The notes under the pieces are model-generated. The model searched no databases. It saw only the letters and a list, made by a program, of their open reading frames with translations, and was not told the DNA's origin. Shown here one piece after another: positions 18,551-29,179 of a DNA stretch of 51,893 nucleotides. The stretch's first letter is position 1, and each line of letters starts with the position of its first letter. The stretch is from Acetobacteraceae bacterium (GTDB taxonomy: Bacteria; Bacillota; Sulfobacillia; JAIMBG01), in assembly GCA_023511555.1 (NCBI GenBank), contig JAIMBG010000002.1, positions 1 through 51,893 of the forward strand. Direction: 5' to 3'. Both the position numbers and the translations under genes were made by a program.

Positions 18551-18799
18551 TCAATGGTTTTCCTCCCCCCGCCCTCCGGCTTCCCTGCCCCCCGCCAAAC
18601 GAGCGCCGCAACCGCGGCCGTTGCGACGCCTCCGATGTCATGGTGGGTAGCACAGCCAGCCTCCGGCCCTTGTATATGAATCGGTCACCCTGTGTCCCGC
18701 CGGCCAGACGCGGCGCCCTGGCACCCGAGGAAACCGAATGCTGCCCGTCGCGATTCAGGCCGGTCTGCCCCCTGAGGTGCCCGGCCTCCTTTCCCCTTC

Positions 18800-18828
18800 A
18801 TAATACCATAAAGGCGCCACACCTGGAA
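18800..18828 (-). promoter_or_regulatory. candidate extended -10 promoter for the HEPN-NTPase operon
   Basis: The minus strand reads TTCCAG, a 17-nt spacer ending in TGg, then TATTAT. This is the same TGGTAT(A/T)AT-type element seen at the tRNA and rnpB promoters. It implies a 5' leader of about 240 nt. Confidence 0.35.
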
Positions 18829-19002
18829 GGGCGGGGGTCGCCGCCCTTCGCCCTTGACCTCACCAGTACACTCAGGCTCTTACGCTGCCGGCGCCCACCG
18901 CTCCCTGAAATCGCCGTCCCCGCCCGACAGGGTTTCGGCGGGGCGGCGGCGAAAACCCTAGCGGGTTGGGGAGCGGGAGCATGCCTGGGGGAGGAAGGTC
19001 AA

Positions 19003-20250
19003 GTGAGGAGGGTCAGGCTGTTCCTCTGGCTGGCGCTGGCCGCCGTGCTTGCCGCCTGCCTGCGCGGCCCTTCCGTGCGCGCCGCCACCTTCAGCGTGAG
19101 GATCGAGCCGTTTAACCCCGCCTACGCCGTCACCCAACGGCTGGGCGGGTCCATCGGCCCCAACGATCCCGTGGGCCGGTGGGTCATAGACGTGACGGCG
19201 GAGGTCATGTCGCTGGACATTAAGGTTAGCACCCGCTCCTGGGACAGCATAAGGCTCCTGGTCCTCAGCGACGGCCGGGTGGTCGCGCAGCGGTCCGTCG
19301 ACCTCCGCAACTCTTACGGCACCACCCTGCGGTTCCCTCAAGAGACCTGGCACCGGGTGGAGATCGTCACCGACAACTCGGGCAACTGGATGGACGCCTG
19401 GGTGGACGTCACGGCGGTGGTCCGGGAAACCCGGAAGCTGGTGGGCTACCCCGAAGGCATCCAGCCGCGGCGGGCGGCCCTGGGAAGCACCCAGCAGATA
19501 AGGGTCAAGGTGTCGAACGTGGGCACGCTGGCCGTCGACCATCTCTGGCTGGGGGTAGACGTGTGCACCGCCGAGGGCGTGGTGGTGGAGGTTACCCGCA
19601 CCCCGGTCAGGCTGGAGGGCGGCATCGACTTCGGCCGCCAGCAGTACCGGGGGCTGGCGCCCGGCGAGTCCCGCGTGTTTTCGGCCCCCTACACCTTCAA
19701 GGTAAGCTCCGCGCCTTACAGCCACGTCTACCGGGCGGGGACCTACCTGCTCAAGTACCGGGCCTGGGAGGGCGTCCCCGGCGTGGGCACCCCCCTCACC
19801 CCCGTCCAGACCGGGATCCTGGAGCTGCTCCCTGCCCCCGCCCCGACCCCGCCTCAGCCTCCCGCCGAGCCGGGCCGGGAGGAGGTGGTGCTCTGGGTGG
19901 GCCGCACCCAGGCCTGGGTGGACGGACAGCCGCGGGTTCTGGACGTGGCGCCCCGGGTGGTTCAGGGCCGCACCCTTGTCCCGGTGAGGTTCGTGGCCGA
20001 GTCGCTGGGCGCCGCCGTGTCCTGGGATCCCGCCACGCAGACCGCCCGCCTGGTCGGGGGGGGCCACGAGGTCGCGCTGACCGTGGGCTGCATTGAGGCC
20101 AGGCTGGACGGGGCCCCCCACCGGCTGGAGGTGGCCCCGATGATCGTAAGCGGCCGCATGCTGGTCCCGGTCCGCGTCGTGGCCGAGGCCCTGGACGTTG
20201 CCGTGTCGTGGTCGGCGGGGGAGGGGAGGGTGACGCTGAAGCTGCCCTGA
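19003..20250 (+). CDS. secreted protein with tandem copper-amine-oxidase N-terminal (stalk-like) domains
   Basis: GTG 19003 follows GGGGGAGGAAGG. A signal peptide (RLFLWLALAAVLAACL) is present. The C-terminal repeats RTLVPVRFVAESLGAAVSWD and RMLVPVRVVAEALDVAVSWS are typical of Cu_amine_oxidN1. The ORF-track start at 18640 is probably an over-extension. Confidence 0.75.
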   Translation: MRRVRLFLWLALAAVLAACLRGPSVRAATFSVRIEPFNPAYAVTQRLGGSIGPNDPVGRWVIDVTAEVMSLDIKVSTRSWDSIRLLVLSDGRVVAQRSVDLRNSYGTTLRFPQETWHRVEIVTDNSGNWMDAWVDVTAVVRETRKLVGYPEGIQPRRAALGSTQQIRVKVSNVGTLAVDHLWLGVDVCTAEGVVVEVTRTPVRLEGGIDFGRQQYRGLAPGESRVFSAPYTFKVSSAPYSHVYRAGTYLLKYRAWEGVPGVGTPLTPVQTGILELLPAPAPTPPQPPAEPGREEVVLWVGRTQAWVDGQPRVLDVAPRVVQGRTLVPVRFVAESLGAAVSWDPATQTARLVGGGHEVALTVGCIEARLDGAPHRLEVAPMIVSGRMLVPVRVVAEALDVAVSWSAGEGRVTLKLP

Positions 20251-20253
20251 GGC

Positions 20254-20290
20254 GGCAGAGCGGGGCCGGTCGGCCTGCCCTTCTTGTCTG
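20254..20290 (+). terminator. possible intrinsic terminator after the stalk-domain gene
   Basis: An imperfect GC hairpin (GGCAG...GGCCGGTCGGCC..CTGCC) is followed by TTCTTGTCTG. Confidence 0.3.
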
Positions 20291-20339
20291 CGTCGGTTTC
20301 TCTGCCTTTCTTGATTCTGCGCCCGGGACGGGTTGGGGG

Positions 20340-21440
20340 GTGCCGTCTCTGGAGCCAGGCGCCGTTGAGTCCGGGCCCTCGGTCCGGGAGCTGACCGAGC
20401 GGCTGGAAGAGGAGACCCTGTCCGAGTATGCCCAGCGCAGCGCGCGCAGCCGCGGCCGCCGGCGGCCCGAGCCGCCCTGCCCGGTGAGGACCTGCTTTCA
20501 GCGCGACCGGGACCGCATCATCCACTCCAAGGCCTTCCGGCGGCTCATGCACAAGACGCAGGTCTTCATCTCCCCCGAGGGCGACCACTACCGCACCCGC
20601 CTCACCCACACCCTGGAGGTGGCGCAGATCGCCCGCAACCTGGCGCGGGGGCTGAGGCTCAACGAGGATCTCACCGAGGCCATCGCGCTGGGCCATGACC
20701 TGGGCCACACGCCTTACGGCCATGGCGGCGAGGCCGCTCTCAACCGCCTGCTTCCCGGGGGCTTCCGCCACAACGAGCAGAGCCTCAGGGTGGTGGACCT
20801 CCTGGAGGGGGGGGCCGGGCTCAACCTCACCTGGGAGGTGCGGGACGGCATCCTCAACCACTGCGGGGAGCTCAAGCCCGCCACCCTGGAGGGGATGCTG
20901 GTCAAGCTCGCCGACCGCATCGCCTATGTCAACCACGACATCGACGACGCGCTGCGGGCCGGCCTGCTTCGCCCCTCCGACCTCCCTCCCGAGTGCACAA
21001 CCGTCCTGGGGCAGACGCACTCCGCCCGCATCGCCACCATGGTCGAGGACGTCATCAGGGAGGGCCGGGGCAGGCCCCAGGTGCGCATGAGCGCCGCGGT
21101 GGAGGATGCAATGGAGGGCCTGAGGGCCTTCCTGTTCGGCCGCGTCTACGTGAACTCCCCCGCCAAACGGGCGGAGGGGAGGGCGCAGGCCCTGCTGGAG
21201 GCCCTGGTGCGGCACTACGCCGCCCATCCCGACCTTCTGCCCCAGTGGGCGCTGACCGCCGGCGGCTGGGAGCCTGCCCGCTCGGTGGACGAGCCGCTCC
21301 GCCCCATCGTGGACGAGCGTGACCGGCGGCTGCGGGCCGCAGCCGACTACGTGGCGGCGATGACCGACCGTTACGCCCTGAACCAGTACCGGGAGCTGTT
21401 CGAGCCCGAGCCCTGGGGCCGCGAGGGAAGAGGGGGCTAG
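20340..21440 (+). CDS. dgt: dGTP triphosphohydrolase-like HD-domain protein
   Basis: FQRDRDRIIHSKAFRRLMHKTQVF, HYRTRLTHTLEVAQIAR and LGHDLGHTPYGHGGE. GTG 20340 is in frame within the ORF that opens at 20208. Confidence 0.85.
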   Translation: MPSLEPGAVESGPSVRELTERLEEETLSEYAQRSARSRGRRRPEPPCPVRTCFQRDRDRIIHSKAFRRLMHKTQVFISPEGDHYRTRLTHTLEVAQIARNLARGLRLNEDLTEAIALGHDLGHTPYGHGGEAALNRLLPGGFRHNEQSLRVVDLLEGGAGLNLTWEVRDGILNHCGELKPATLEGMLVKLADRIAYVNHDIDDALRAGLLRPSDLPPECTTVLGQTHSARIATMVEDVIREGRGRPQVRMSAAVEDAMEGLRAFLFGRVYVNSPAKRAEGRAQALLEALVRHYAAHPDLLPQWALTAGGWEPARSVDEPLRPIVDERDRRLRAAADYVAAMTDRYALNQYRELFEPEPWGREGRGG

Positions 21441-21522
21441 GGCGACGTGCGGGGCCGGCGGGGCGCCTTGATCAAGCAGGATTTGGGGGGGCAACGGCGA
21501 AGACCTTTGTAGCCAAAGCAGG

Positions 21523-23518
21523 GTGATCGCTGTGGGAGGGGGCTACGGGGAAGAGGTCGTCGCCCGGGTCAGGGATCGGGTGGACATCGTCGGTCTCATC
21601 GGCGAGTACGTCCAGCTCAGGAAGGCGGGGAAGAACTTCGTCGGGCTGTGCCCGTTCCACCAGGAGCGGACGCCCTCGTTCAGTGTGTCGCCGGACAAGC
21701 AGATGTTTTACTGCTTCGGCTGCCAGGCCGGCGGTGACGTCTTTAATTTTTTAATGAAAAAGGAGAACCTGACGTTTCCCGAGGCCCTGGAGCTCCTGGC
21801 CCGGCGGGCCGGCGTCCCCCTGCCCCGGGCGGCCGATCCCGAGGCCCGTCGCAGGGAGGGCGAACGGGCGTCCCTGCTTGAGGCGCTGGAGGCCGCAGCG
21901 CAGCACTTCGTTCAGGGGCTGGCCGGGCCGGACGGGGCCAGGGCCAGGGCCTACCTGGAGCAGCGGGGCATCGGCGCCGCGGCGGTGCAGCAGTTCCGCC
22001 TGGGATACGCGCCCCCGGCGTGGGGGGGGCTGATCGAGTCGCTGGGGCGCAGAGGCTTCAAGCCCCCGCTGCTGGAACGGGCCGGGCTGGCTCTGCGTCA
22101 AACCGACGGGGGGTGGCGCGACCGGTTCCGGGACCGGCTGATGTTCCCTATCGCCGACCCCCGGGGAAGGGTGATCGGGTTCGGCGGCCGGGCCCTGGAC
22201 GAGGCGAACCAGCCCAAGTACCTGAACTCTCCGGAGACGCCGGTCTTCGCCAAGCGCCGCGCCTGGTACGGCCTGGACCGGGCTCGGGCCGAAATAGGCC
22301 GCCGCGAGCAGGCGGTGGTGGTCGAGGGCTACCTGGACCTGATTACCGCCCACCAGGCGGGCTTCACCAACGTGGTGGCCTCCCTGGGCACGGCGCTCAC
22401 CCCGGAGCAGGCCATGGCTCTGAGCCGGCTGGCGCCGCGGGTGGTGATCGCTTACGACCCCGACGCGGCGGGGGCCGCGGCCACGCTGCGCGGCCTGGAG
22501 CTGTTCCCCCGGTTCGGGGCCCGGGTGCTGGTGGCGGTGCTTCCCCGCGGGCTCGACCCCGACGCCCTCATTCGCGAGCGGGGCAAGGAGGCGTTCGCCG
22601 ACGCCGTGGAGCGGGCGCTGCCCCTGATGGAGTACCGGCTACAGCTTGAGGTGGAGTCCCGCGACCTGGGGACGGTGGAGGGGCGCGTGGCCGCCGTACG
22701 GGCCATCGTGCCGGTGCTGGCGGGGATGGAAGACGCCGTGGAGCGGGAGGGCTACCTGGCGCTGGCCGCGGCCCGGCTGGGGGTGTCCGAGGAGGCGCTG
22801 CGGGCGGACGTGGCCCGCTACCTCAGGCGGGCACCCTCTGGCGCAGCGGCGGATAGAATGGCAGCGGGGCGGAATAATATCATTGGGAAGCAGATTATAG
22901 AAGATTTTGCAAGTGGTGCCTCGAGCGCGGTGGCGGTGTCGGAGGTCGCGGCGGCGCGGGCCCGTGAGGCGGGGCCGCAGGCCCGGGCCGAGCGCGAGGT
23001 GCTCAGGCTGATGCTGCAGGACGAGGCCCTTGCTCGCTCTTTGCGGCCCGTGCTGGTGCCCCAGGACTTCGCCTCCCCCCACCACCGGCAGGTGGCCGAG
23101 GCGCTGTTCCGCGTCCTGGACTCGCCCGATCCGGCGGGGGCGGGCGTGGGTGGCTACGGGCCGCCCGCGGGGCGGGCGGACGCAGGCGGCGGCGCGGGGC
23201 GGGTAGAGGCCGGCACCGCGGTCGCGGCGGATCTGGCGGTGAGGGTGGCCCGGGTGCTAGGGGAGGAGGGAGCCGCCCTGGTAAGCGGCCTGGCCCTGGC
23301 AGGAGGGGAGGGCTATGCCGACGCCGCTGGGGCGGCGGCCGCGCTGGTGCGCCGGCTCAAGGAGCAGAGGCTCAAGGCCAGGATCGAGGGGCTGCGCCAG
23401 GCCATAGCCGAGGGCGAGCGCCGCGGTCAGCAGCCGGGGCCGGAGGTTCTGGCCGAGCTCCAGGCCCTGCTCCAGCAGCTGAAGGGCTCCCGAGGCGCGG
23501 CGGGGAGGGGGGAGTCGG

Positions 23519-23526
<8 letters not shown>
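21523..23526 (+). CDS. dnaG: DNA primase
   Basis: Zinc ribbon [30 protein letters not shown], the TOPRIM region EGYLDLI and a C-terminal helicase-binding region. It lies immediately upstream of sigA. Confidence 0.95.
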
Positions 23527-24607
<1,081 letters not shown>

Positions 24608-24739
24608 GGCCGCGCGACGGGGCCCCCTCGCCCGGTGCCGGGGGCGGGGGGCCGGTGCCGGCCGGCGGGAGGAAAAGGGGGGCGAGTCGGGGAATAATGC
24701 TCCCGTTACCAGGCGCCCTGGTGACAGGGAGTGAGGCGC

Positions 24740-25603
24740 TTGGGCCGCCGTCCGTACCTGCAGCTTCGGCTCGCCCTTAATCCCGGTGCCGGGCCCCCCC
24801 GCCGCCGTGGCCTGCGCTTCTGCTCGCTGGCCAGCTCCAGCACTTACGGAAACGCTTACTTGGTCGCCGAGCCGGGCGGCGCTGCCCTGTTGGTGGACTG
24901 CGGGGCGCCCCTGCGCCGCATCCAGGCCGGGCTGAAGGAGCGGGGGGTCGAGCCGGGACGCGTGGTAGCCGTGCTCTTGACCCACCGCCACGGCGATCAC
25001 ACCCGGGCTCTCTGCATCAAGATCCCCCTGCCCCAGCGCCTGGGGGTCCCGGTCTACGCCCCTGCCGGCGTGTGGGAGGAGGCCGAGGGGGAGTTCGGGG
25101 CCATGCCTCCCGCGCTGCGCCGGCGCATCGCGCCCGGCCGCCCGGTAAGAGCCGGGCCCTTCGTCGTCCGCGCGTTTGCCAAGCCCCACGACGCCCGCGA
25201 TCCGGTGGGCTTCCTGGTGGAGGCGGCGGGGGAGAGGCTGGCGGTGGCCACCGACCTGGGACGGGTGGACTCGGGCCTGACCTCGCTCCTCCGCGGCTGC
25301 CACCACCTCATCTTCGAGAGCAACCACGACCCCGAGCTGGAGTGGGCCTCCGGCCGCCCGCGCCACCTCATCCAGCGCATCCTGGGCGACCTCGGCCACC
25401 TGTCCAACGACCAGGCGGGCTCGGCGCTGGCCGCCATCGTCACCCGCCGCACCCGGACGGTTCTCCTGGCCCACCTCAGCATCGACTGCAACCGCCCCGA
25501 CCTGGCGCTGGACACGGTCTCCCGGTACCTGCGGCCGGCGGGCTACCGGGGAATTCTGGCCGCCGCCCCGCCCCGGGGGCCGTCGCCGTGGTATCCGGAG
25601 TGA
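24740..25603 (+). CDS. MBL-fold metallo-hydrolase
   Basis: LASSSTYGNAYLV, LVDCG and LLTHRHGDHTRAL (HxHxDH motif). The ORF opens at GTG 24731. In-frame TTG 24740 has better spacing from AGGGAGTGAGG. Confidence 0.8.
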   Translation: MGRRPYLQLRLALNPGAGPPRRRGLRFCSLASSSTYGNAYLVAEPGGAALLVDCGAPLRRIQAGLKERGVEPGRVVAVLLTHRHGDHTRALCIKIPLPQRLGVPVYAPAGVWEEAEGEFGAMPPALRRRIAPGRPVRAGPFVVRAFAKPHDARDPVGFLVEAAGERLAVATDLGRVDSGLTSLLRGCHHLIFESNHDPELEWASGRPRHLIQRILGDLGHLSNDQAGSALAAIVTRRTRTVLLAHLSIDCNRPDLALDTVSRYLRPAGYRGILAAAPPRGPSPWYPE

Positions 25604-25666
25604 GAGAGGCACCGGGTGGGTCGGGGGTTGGGCGGGCAAGACCGGGGACCGGCAGGAGGTGACACC

Positions 25667-26224
25667 TTGACCAGGCTTACCGTCAACGGCCGCGTGCTGG
25701 AGCTGGTGCAGGGCGACATCACGCGCTTTCGCGCCGACGCCATCGCCAACGCCGCCAACTCCATGCTGGCCGGCGGGGGCGGGGTGGACGGAGCCATCCA
25801 TGACGCGGGCGGGCCGGAGATAATGGAGGAGTGCCGCAGGATAGGGGGCTGTCCCACCGGCCAGGCGGTTGTTACCGGGGCGGGCAGGCTTCCCGCGCGG
25901 TACGTCATCCACGCCGTGGGCCCGGTGTGGTTCGGGGGCGCCCACGGCGAGGCCGAGCTTCTGCGCTCCGCCTACCGCCGGGTGCTGGAGCTGGCCAGCG
26001 AGCGGGGCTGCCGCACCCTGGCGCTGCCCTCCATCAGCACCGGCGCCTACGGCTACCCCGTGGACCAGGCGGCGCCCATCGCGCTGGGGGCGGTGGCCGA
26101 GCACCTGCGCGGCCCCACCTCGCTGGAGCGGGTTACCTTCGTGCTGTTCACCCGGGAGACCCTGGAGTCGTACGTGCGGGCGCTTCAGGCCCTGGCCGGG
26201 GCAGGCGGCGGGGAGAGGCGGTAG
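25667..26224 (+). CDS. macro-domain protein (O-acetyl-ADP-ribose deacetylase-like)
   Basis: LVQGDITRFRADAIANAANSMLAGGGGVDGAIHDAGG, VIHAVGP and LALPSISTGAYGYP. TTG 25667 lies 7 nt after AGGAGG. Confidence 0.85.
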   Translation: MTRLTVNGRVLELVQGDITRFRADAIANAANSMLAGGGGVDGAIHDAGGPEIMEECRRIGGCPTGQAVVTGAGRLPARYVIHAVGPVWFGGAHGEAELLRSAYRRVLELASERGCRTLALPSISTGAYGYPVDQAAPIALGAVAEHLRGPTSLERVTFVLFTRETLESYVRALQALAGAGGGERR

Positions 26225-26278
26225 CGGCGGCCGGCGGAGCCCTGAACGCGCCGGTTCGGCGGACGCCCTGGTCTGCGG

Positions 26279-27361
26279 CTAGGGCCCTCCCCCTTCACAG
26301 GTCAGCGCCCGTTCCAGGGCCTCCGGCGACAGATTGCCGCCCGACACGACCGCCACCACCCGGGAGCCGGGCGGCGCGTTTACCGCCCCGCTGAGCAGGG
26401 CGGCCACGGCCGCCGCGCCGGCCGGCTCGGCGACCACGCGGGCCTGGCGGAGAAGGAAGGCCACGGCGGAGAAGATGTCGGGGTCGGAGACCAGCGCCAC
26501 GCCGTCCAGATAGCGCCGGCACAGGGCGAAGGTCAGGTCGCCCGGCCGCCGGACGCGGATGCCGTCGGCCAGGGTGTCGAGGCGGTCCAGCTCCACGGGG
26601 CGGCCGGCCTCCAACGACCGGGCCAGCGACGGGGCTCCGGCGGGCTGTACGCCCCAAACGCGGGCGCCCGGGCAGAGCGACTTCACCACCAGCGCCACCC
26701 CGGCCGCCAGGCCGCCCCCGCCCACCGGCACCACCACCAGGTCCGGCGAGGGCAGGTCCTCCACCAGTTCCAGGCCGGCCGTGCCCTGCCCGGCGACGAT
26801 GTGCGGATGGTCGAAGGCGGGGATGAGCGCCGCACCCCGTTCCGCCGCCAGCTCCCGGGCCCGGGCGAAGGCCTGATAGTAGTCGGCTCCGGCCACCACC
26901 ACCCGGCCGCCGTAGGCTTCTACCCGGCGGCGCTTGTGGGGGCTGGAGAACTCAGGCATGAACACCGTGGCCGTGGTGCCCAGGCGTCGGGCGGCCAGGG
27001 CTACGGCCATGCCGTGGCTCCCGCTGGAGGCGGTCACCAGCCCGCCGGCGCGCTCAGCCGCATTGAGCTGCCAGGCGTAGTTCAGCGCCCCCCGGACCTT
27101 GAACGCCCCTGCCAGTTGCAGGCTCTCCAGCTTGAGGTGGACGGCGGCGCCGAGTTTCTCCGACAGCGCCTCGCAGGGGATGCAGGGGGTGTGGACCACC
27201 CCGCCCGCCCCCGCCAGCCGCTCCCGGGCGGCGTAGACGTCGGCAAGGGTGGGGCTGGGGCCGGTGGGGGCGGGGACGGCGCCGGGTCCCGGGGCTGCGG
27301 CGCCGGACGGCGGGTGTCCCCGGGGGGCAAAGTTCGGCGCGTGGCGGCTGGGATGCGTCAC
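26279..27361 (-). CDS. PLP-dependent threonine/serine dehydratase
   Basis: LKLESLQLAGAFKVRGALN (PLP lysine), SSGSHG and GGGGLAAG. GTG 27361 follows GAGAGGAGG. The longer ORF reaching 27658 runs antisense across tRNA genes and is rejected. Confidence 0.8.
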   Translation of the reverse strand: MTHPSRHAPNFAPRGHPPSGAAAPGPGAVPAPTGPSPTLADVYAARERLAGAGGVVHTPCIPCEALSEKLGAAVHLKLESLQLAGAFKVRGALNYAWQLNAAERAGGLVTASSGSHGMAVALAARRLGTTATVFMPEFSSPHKRRRVEAYGGRVVVAGADYYQAFARARELAAERGAALIPAFDHPHIVAGQGTAGLELVEDLPSPDLVVVPVGGGGLAAGVALVVKSLCPGARVWGVQPAGAPSLARSLEAGRPVELDRLDTLADGIRVRRPGDLTFALCRRYLDGVALVSDPDIFSAVAFLLRQARVVAEPAGAAAVAALLSGAVNAPPGSRVVAVVSGGNLSPEALERALTCEGGGP

Positions 27362-27457
27362 GGCAGGGGCCTCCTCTCTCGGGAGGATGATGGGGGCGGG
27401 GGCGCCCACCTTCTGAGGTTCTTCCCCAGGGCGGGGGCGGTTCCCTGCCGGCGGCCC

Positions 27458-27486
27458 TTCCGTACTCGAGGCCTTTGTGGTATAAT
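27458..27486 (+). promoter_or_regulatory. extended -10 promoter upstream of tRNA(CAT)
   Basis: TGgTATAAT (27478-27486) lies 16 nt upstream of the tRNA 5' end. The -35 hexamer is weak (TTCCGT). Confidence 0.5.
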
Positions 27487-27502
27487 GGTTGCGACGGAGG
27501 GC

Positions 27503-27577
27503 GGGCCCGTAGCTCAGGGGCAGAGCAACCGACTCATAATCGGCAGGTCGCAGGTTCGAGCCCTGCCGGGCCCACCA
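27503..27577 (+). tRNA. tRNA with CAT anticodon (elongator Met or lysidine-modified Ile2; not initiator)
   Basis: Acceptor stem GGGCCCG/CGGGCCC, D-arm GCTCAGGGGCAGAGC, anticodon loop CTCATAA, T-arm GCAGGTTCGAGCCCTGC, and an encoded CCA. A G1-C72 pair and the lack of a 3xGC anticodon stem argue against the initiator. Confidence 0.9.
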
Positions 27578-27600
27578 CAGACTTGGGGGGCGGCCGCCGG

Positions 27601-27629
27601 TTGTCAGCGCGCGCGGGACGCGGTATAAT
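27601..27629 (+). promoter_or_regulatory. consensus-like sigma-A promoter upstream of tRNA-Glu/tRNA-Val
   Basis: TTGTCA (27601-27606), a 17-nt spacer, then TATAAT (27624-27629). Confidence 0.6.
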
Positions 27630-27663
27630 GGTGGCGCAGCGGTGGCGCGGGGCGCCACCCGGC

Positions 27664-27738
27664 GGCCCCATGGTCTAGAGGTCAGGACACCACTCTTTCA
27701 AGGTGGTAACGGGGGTTCGATTCCCCCTGGGGCCACCA
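27664..27738 (+). tRNA. tRNA-Glu (UUC)
   Basis: Acceptor stem GGCCCCA/TGGGGCC, D-arm GTCTAGAGGTCAGGAC, anticodon loop CTTTCAA, T-arm GGGGGTTCGATTCCCCC, and an encoded CCA. Confidence 0.92.
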
Positions 27739-27744
27739 GCACGT

Positions 27745-27819
27745 GGGCGGTTAGCTCAGGGGAAGAGCGCTTGACTCACATTCAAGAGGTCGGAGGTTCG
27801 AGCCCTCTACCGCCCACCA
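27745..27819 (+). tRNA. tRNA-Val (CAC)
   Basis: Acceptor stem GGGCGGT/ACCGCCC, D-arm GCTCAGGGGAAGAGC, anticodon stem-loop CTTGA-CTCACAT-TCAAG, T-arm GGAGGTTCGAGCCCTCT, and an encoded CCA. Confidence 0.92.
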
Positions 27820-27828
27820 TGCGAAAGC

Positions 27829-27862
27829 GAAGCGCCGCAAGGGATTGCGGCGCTTCTTGTCT
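27829..27862 (+). terminator. intrinsic terminator after the tRNA cluster
   Basis: An 11-12 bp perfect stem, GAAGCGCCGCAA-GGGA-TTGCGGCGCTTC, is followed by TTGTCT. Confidence 0.8.
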
Positions 27863-27917
27863 CCTCCAGAGCTCTGGCCCGTCGCCTTTTGCAATCCATC
27901 TGCAAATCCCCCGCGGC

Positions 27918-28925
27918 TCAGGACAGCCGCATTATCTTGGTGAGAATACCGATGACCCGATAGACGGCTGCCAGGCTCACCACGACGAGGGCAACCCATG
28001 CTGCCACCACGCACCGGATCCAACAGCCGCCCCCTCCGGGATTGACTAGGAGGAGTAGCCCCGAGTATAGGGCGAGGAAGAAGGGAGCTCGGCTGCCGAA
28101 TGCAACGTACTCCACCAGCAGGTCGTAGTATGTGGAGGAGGCATTGACTTCGACACGCCTGACCTCACGAATGGTGTTCCTCATCTCCATCGAGACGAGG
28201 ACTGTTTGGGGGGTGGCCATAAAGCCGACTAGGATGGCGCTCACACTTATCGTGGGGTTCAGGAGCTTCTCGAGGATTCGCTGTTGCACGTGAAGGGGTA
28301 GCCAGCAGAGGCTGACGACGAACGCGCACCCATCGCCGTCCGTCCCCGGTAACCGTCTGCACGGTGACGGGCTGGTGCCACCACCCCGCCTCGGCCAGGA
28401 AGCTCCGGGCCGGCGCCACCGCGCCGCTCTCGTCGTGGCGCCACTCGCTCCACAGGGCCGAGGTGTGAGCACGGCCATCTCCCCCCGAGAGATGGCGCAT
28501 TGGGCCCACTCCTCGAGGGTGTCGGGCTCATCCACGTCGCCCACGCTGAGTGTGATCTCCGAGTCTTGCTTCTCGTCCACCACCTCGAAGGTCCACCCCA
28601 CGCCGGCATCCTCCCAGTTGGTCATAGCCCCGTCAAGCCACGACTTCCACTCCTCGGTTGCCCCGTCGCCGCAGAAGATCCTCAAGTGGCGCCGCGGCTC
28701 CCCCGTCCTGGCGTCCCTGGCCCACTCCCAGGACTCGTCCACGTGGGCCAGGACGATGATGGAGACCGGGAGCACCAGCATTGCAGCCACAAACGCTGCC
28801 CGGCACGCCTGGCGCCCGCGCCATGGACCACCAAAGCCACCTCCTGCAATTCTAGTGGGGTCATACGGCCGTTGTCCTCGGCTTATTGGCTCTTGCCCTG
28901 GGCCACGCTGCCTCTGTTCCATCAA
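27918..28925 (-). pseudogene. hypothetical membrane protein ORF with an apparent internal double frame switch (mosaic or degraded gene)
   Basis: The ORF is intact over 335 codons. Between about 28490 and 28340, third-position G/C is high in the alternative frame (GDGRAHTSALWSEWRHDESGAVAPARSFLAEAGWWHQPVTVQTVTGDG). The annotated frame there gives an R/P/G/S-rich, off-frame-like sequence. The C-terminal 120 codons encode hydrophobic helices. The region is visibly lower in GC. Confidence 0.4.
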
Positions 28926-29179
28926 GATTATCGCCCTACCCGCCGTGGTTTTCCCTGCCGGTCGTCGCGAGGCGACGAACAGCGGCCGGTCGCTCAGTCA
29001 GCTCCACCCAACGCGCGCCCCGCCCGTTACATAAAAGGGCCGGCCGGGGGAGACTTCTATACCTGGCGGCGGCCCTCCGCCTCCGCGGCCGCTGCGGGCA
29101 GCCTCCCAACAGGGCGTGTCCCGCCGGCCGCCCAAGCCTGCTCTCACGGAGGTGACCTTCGCTGAGCCGCGGGAGACTC

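Noticed and set aside
27362-27658. N-terminal extension of the threonine dehydratase ORF up to 27658.
   Set aside because: The extension runs antisense through tRNA(CAT) and the tRNA promoters. A GTG with a strong SD sequence at 27361 gives a normal-length enzyme.
28933-28944. GCCCTACCCGCC resembles the tRNA-Val 3' end (GCCCTCTACCGCCC) and could be an att-type direct repeat bounding an integrated element.
   Set aside because: The match is short and imperfect in a GC-rich background. No integrase or other mobility gene lies in the interval. It cannot be distinguished from chance by eye.
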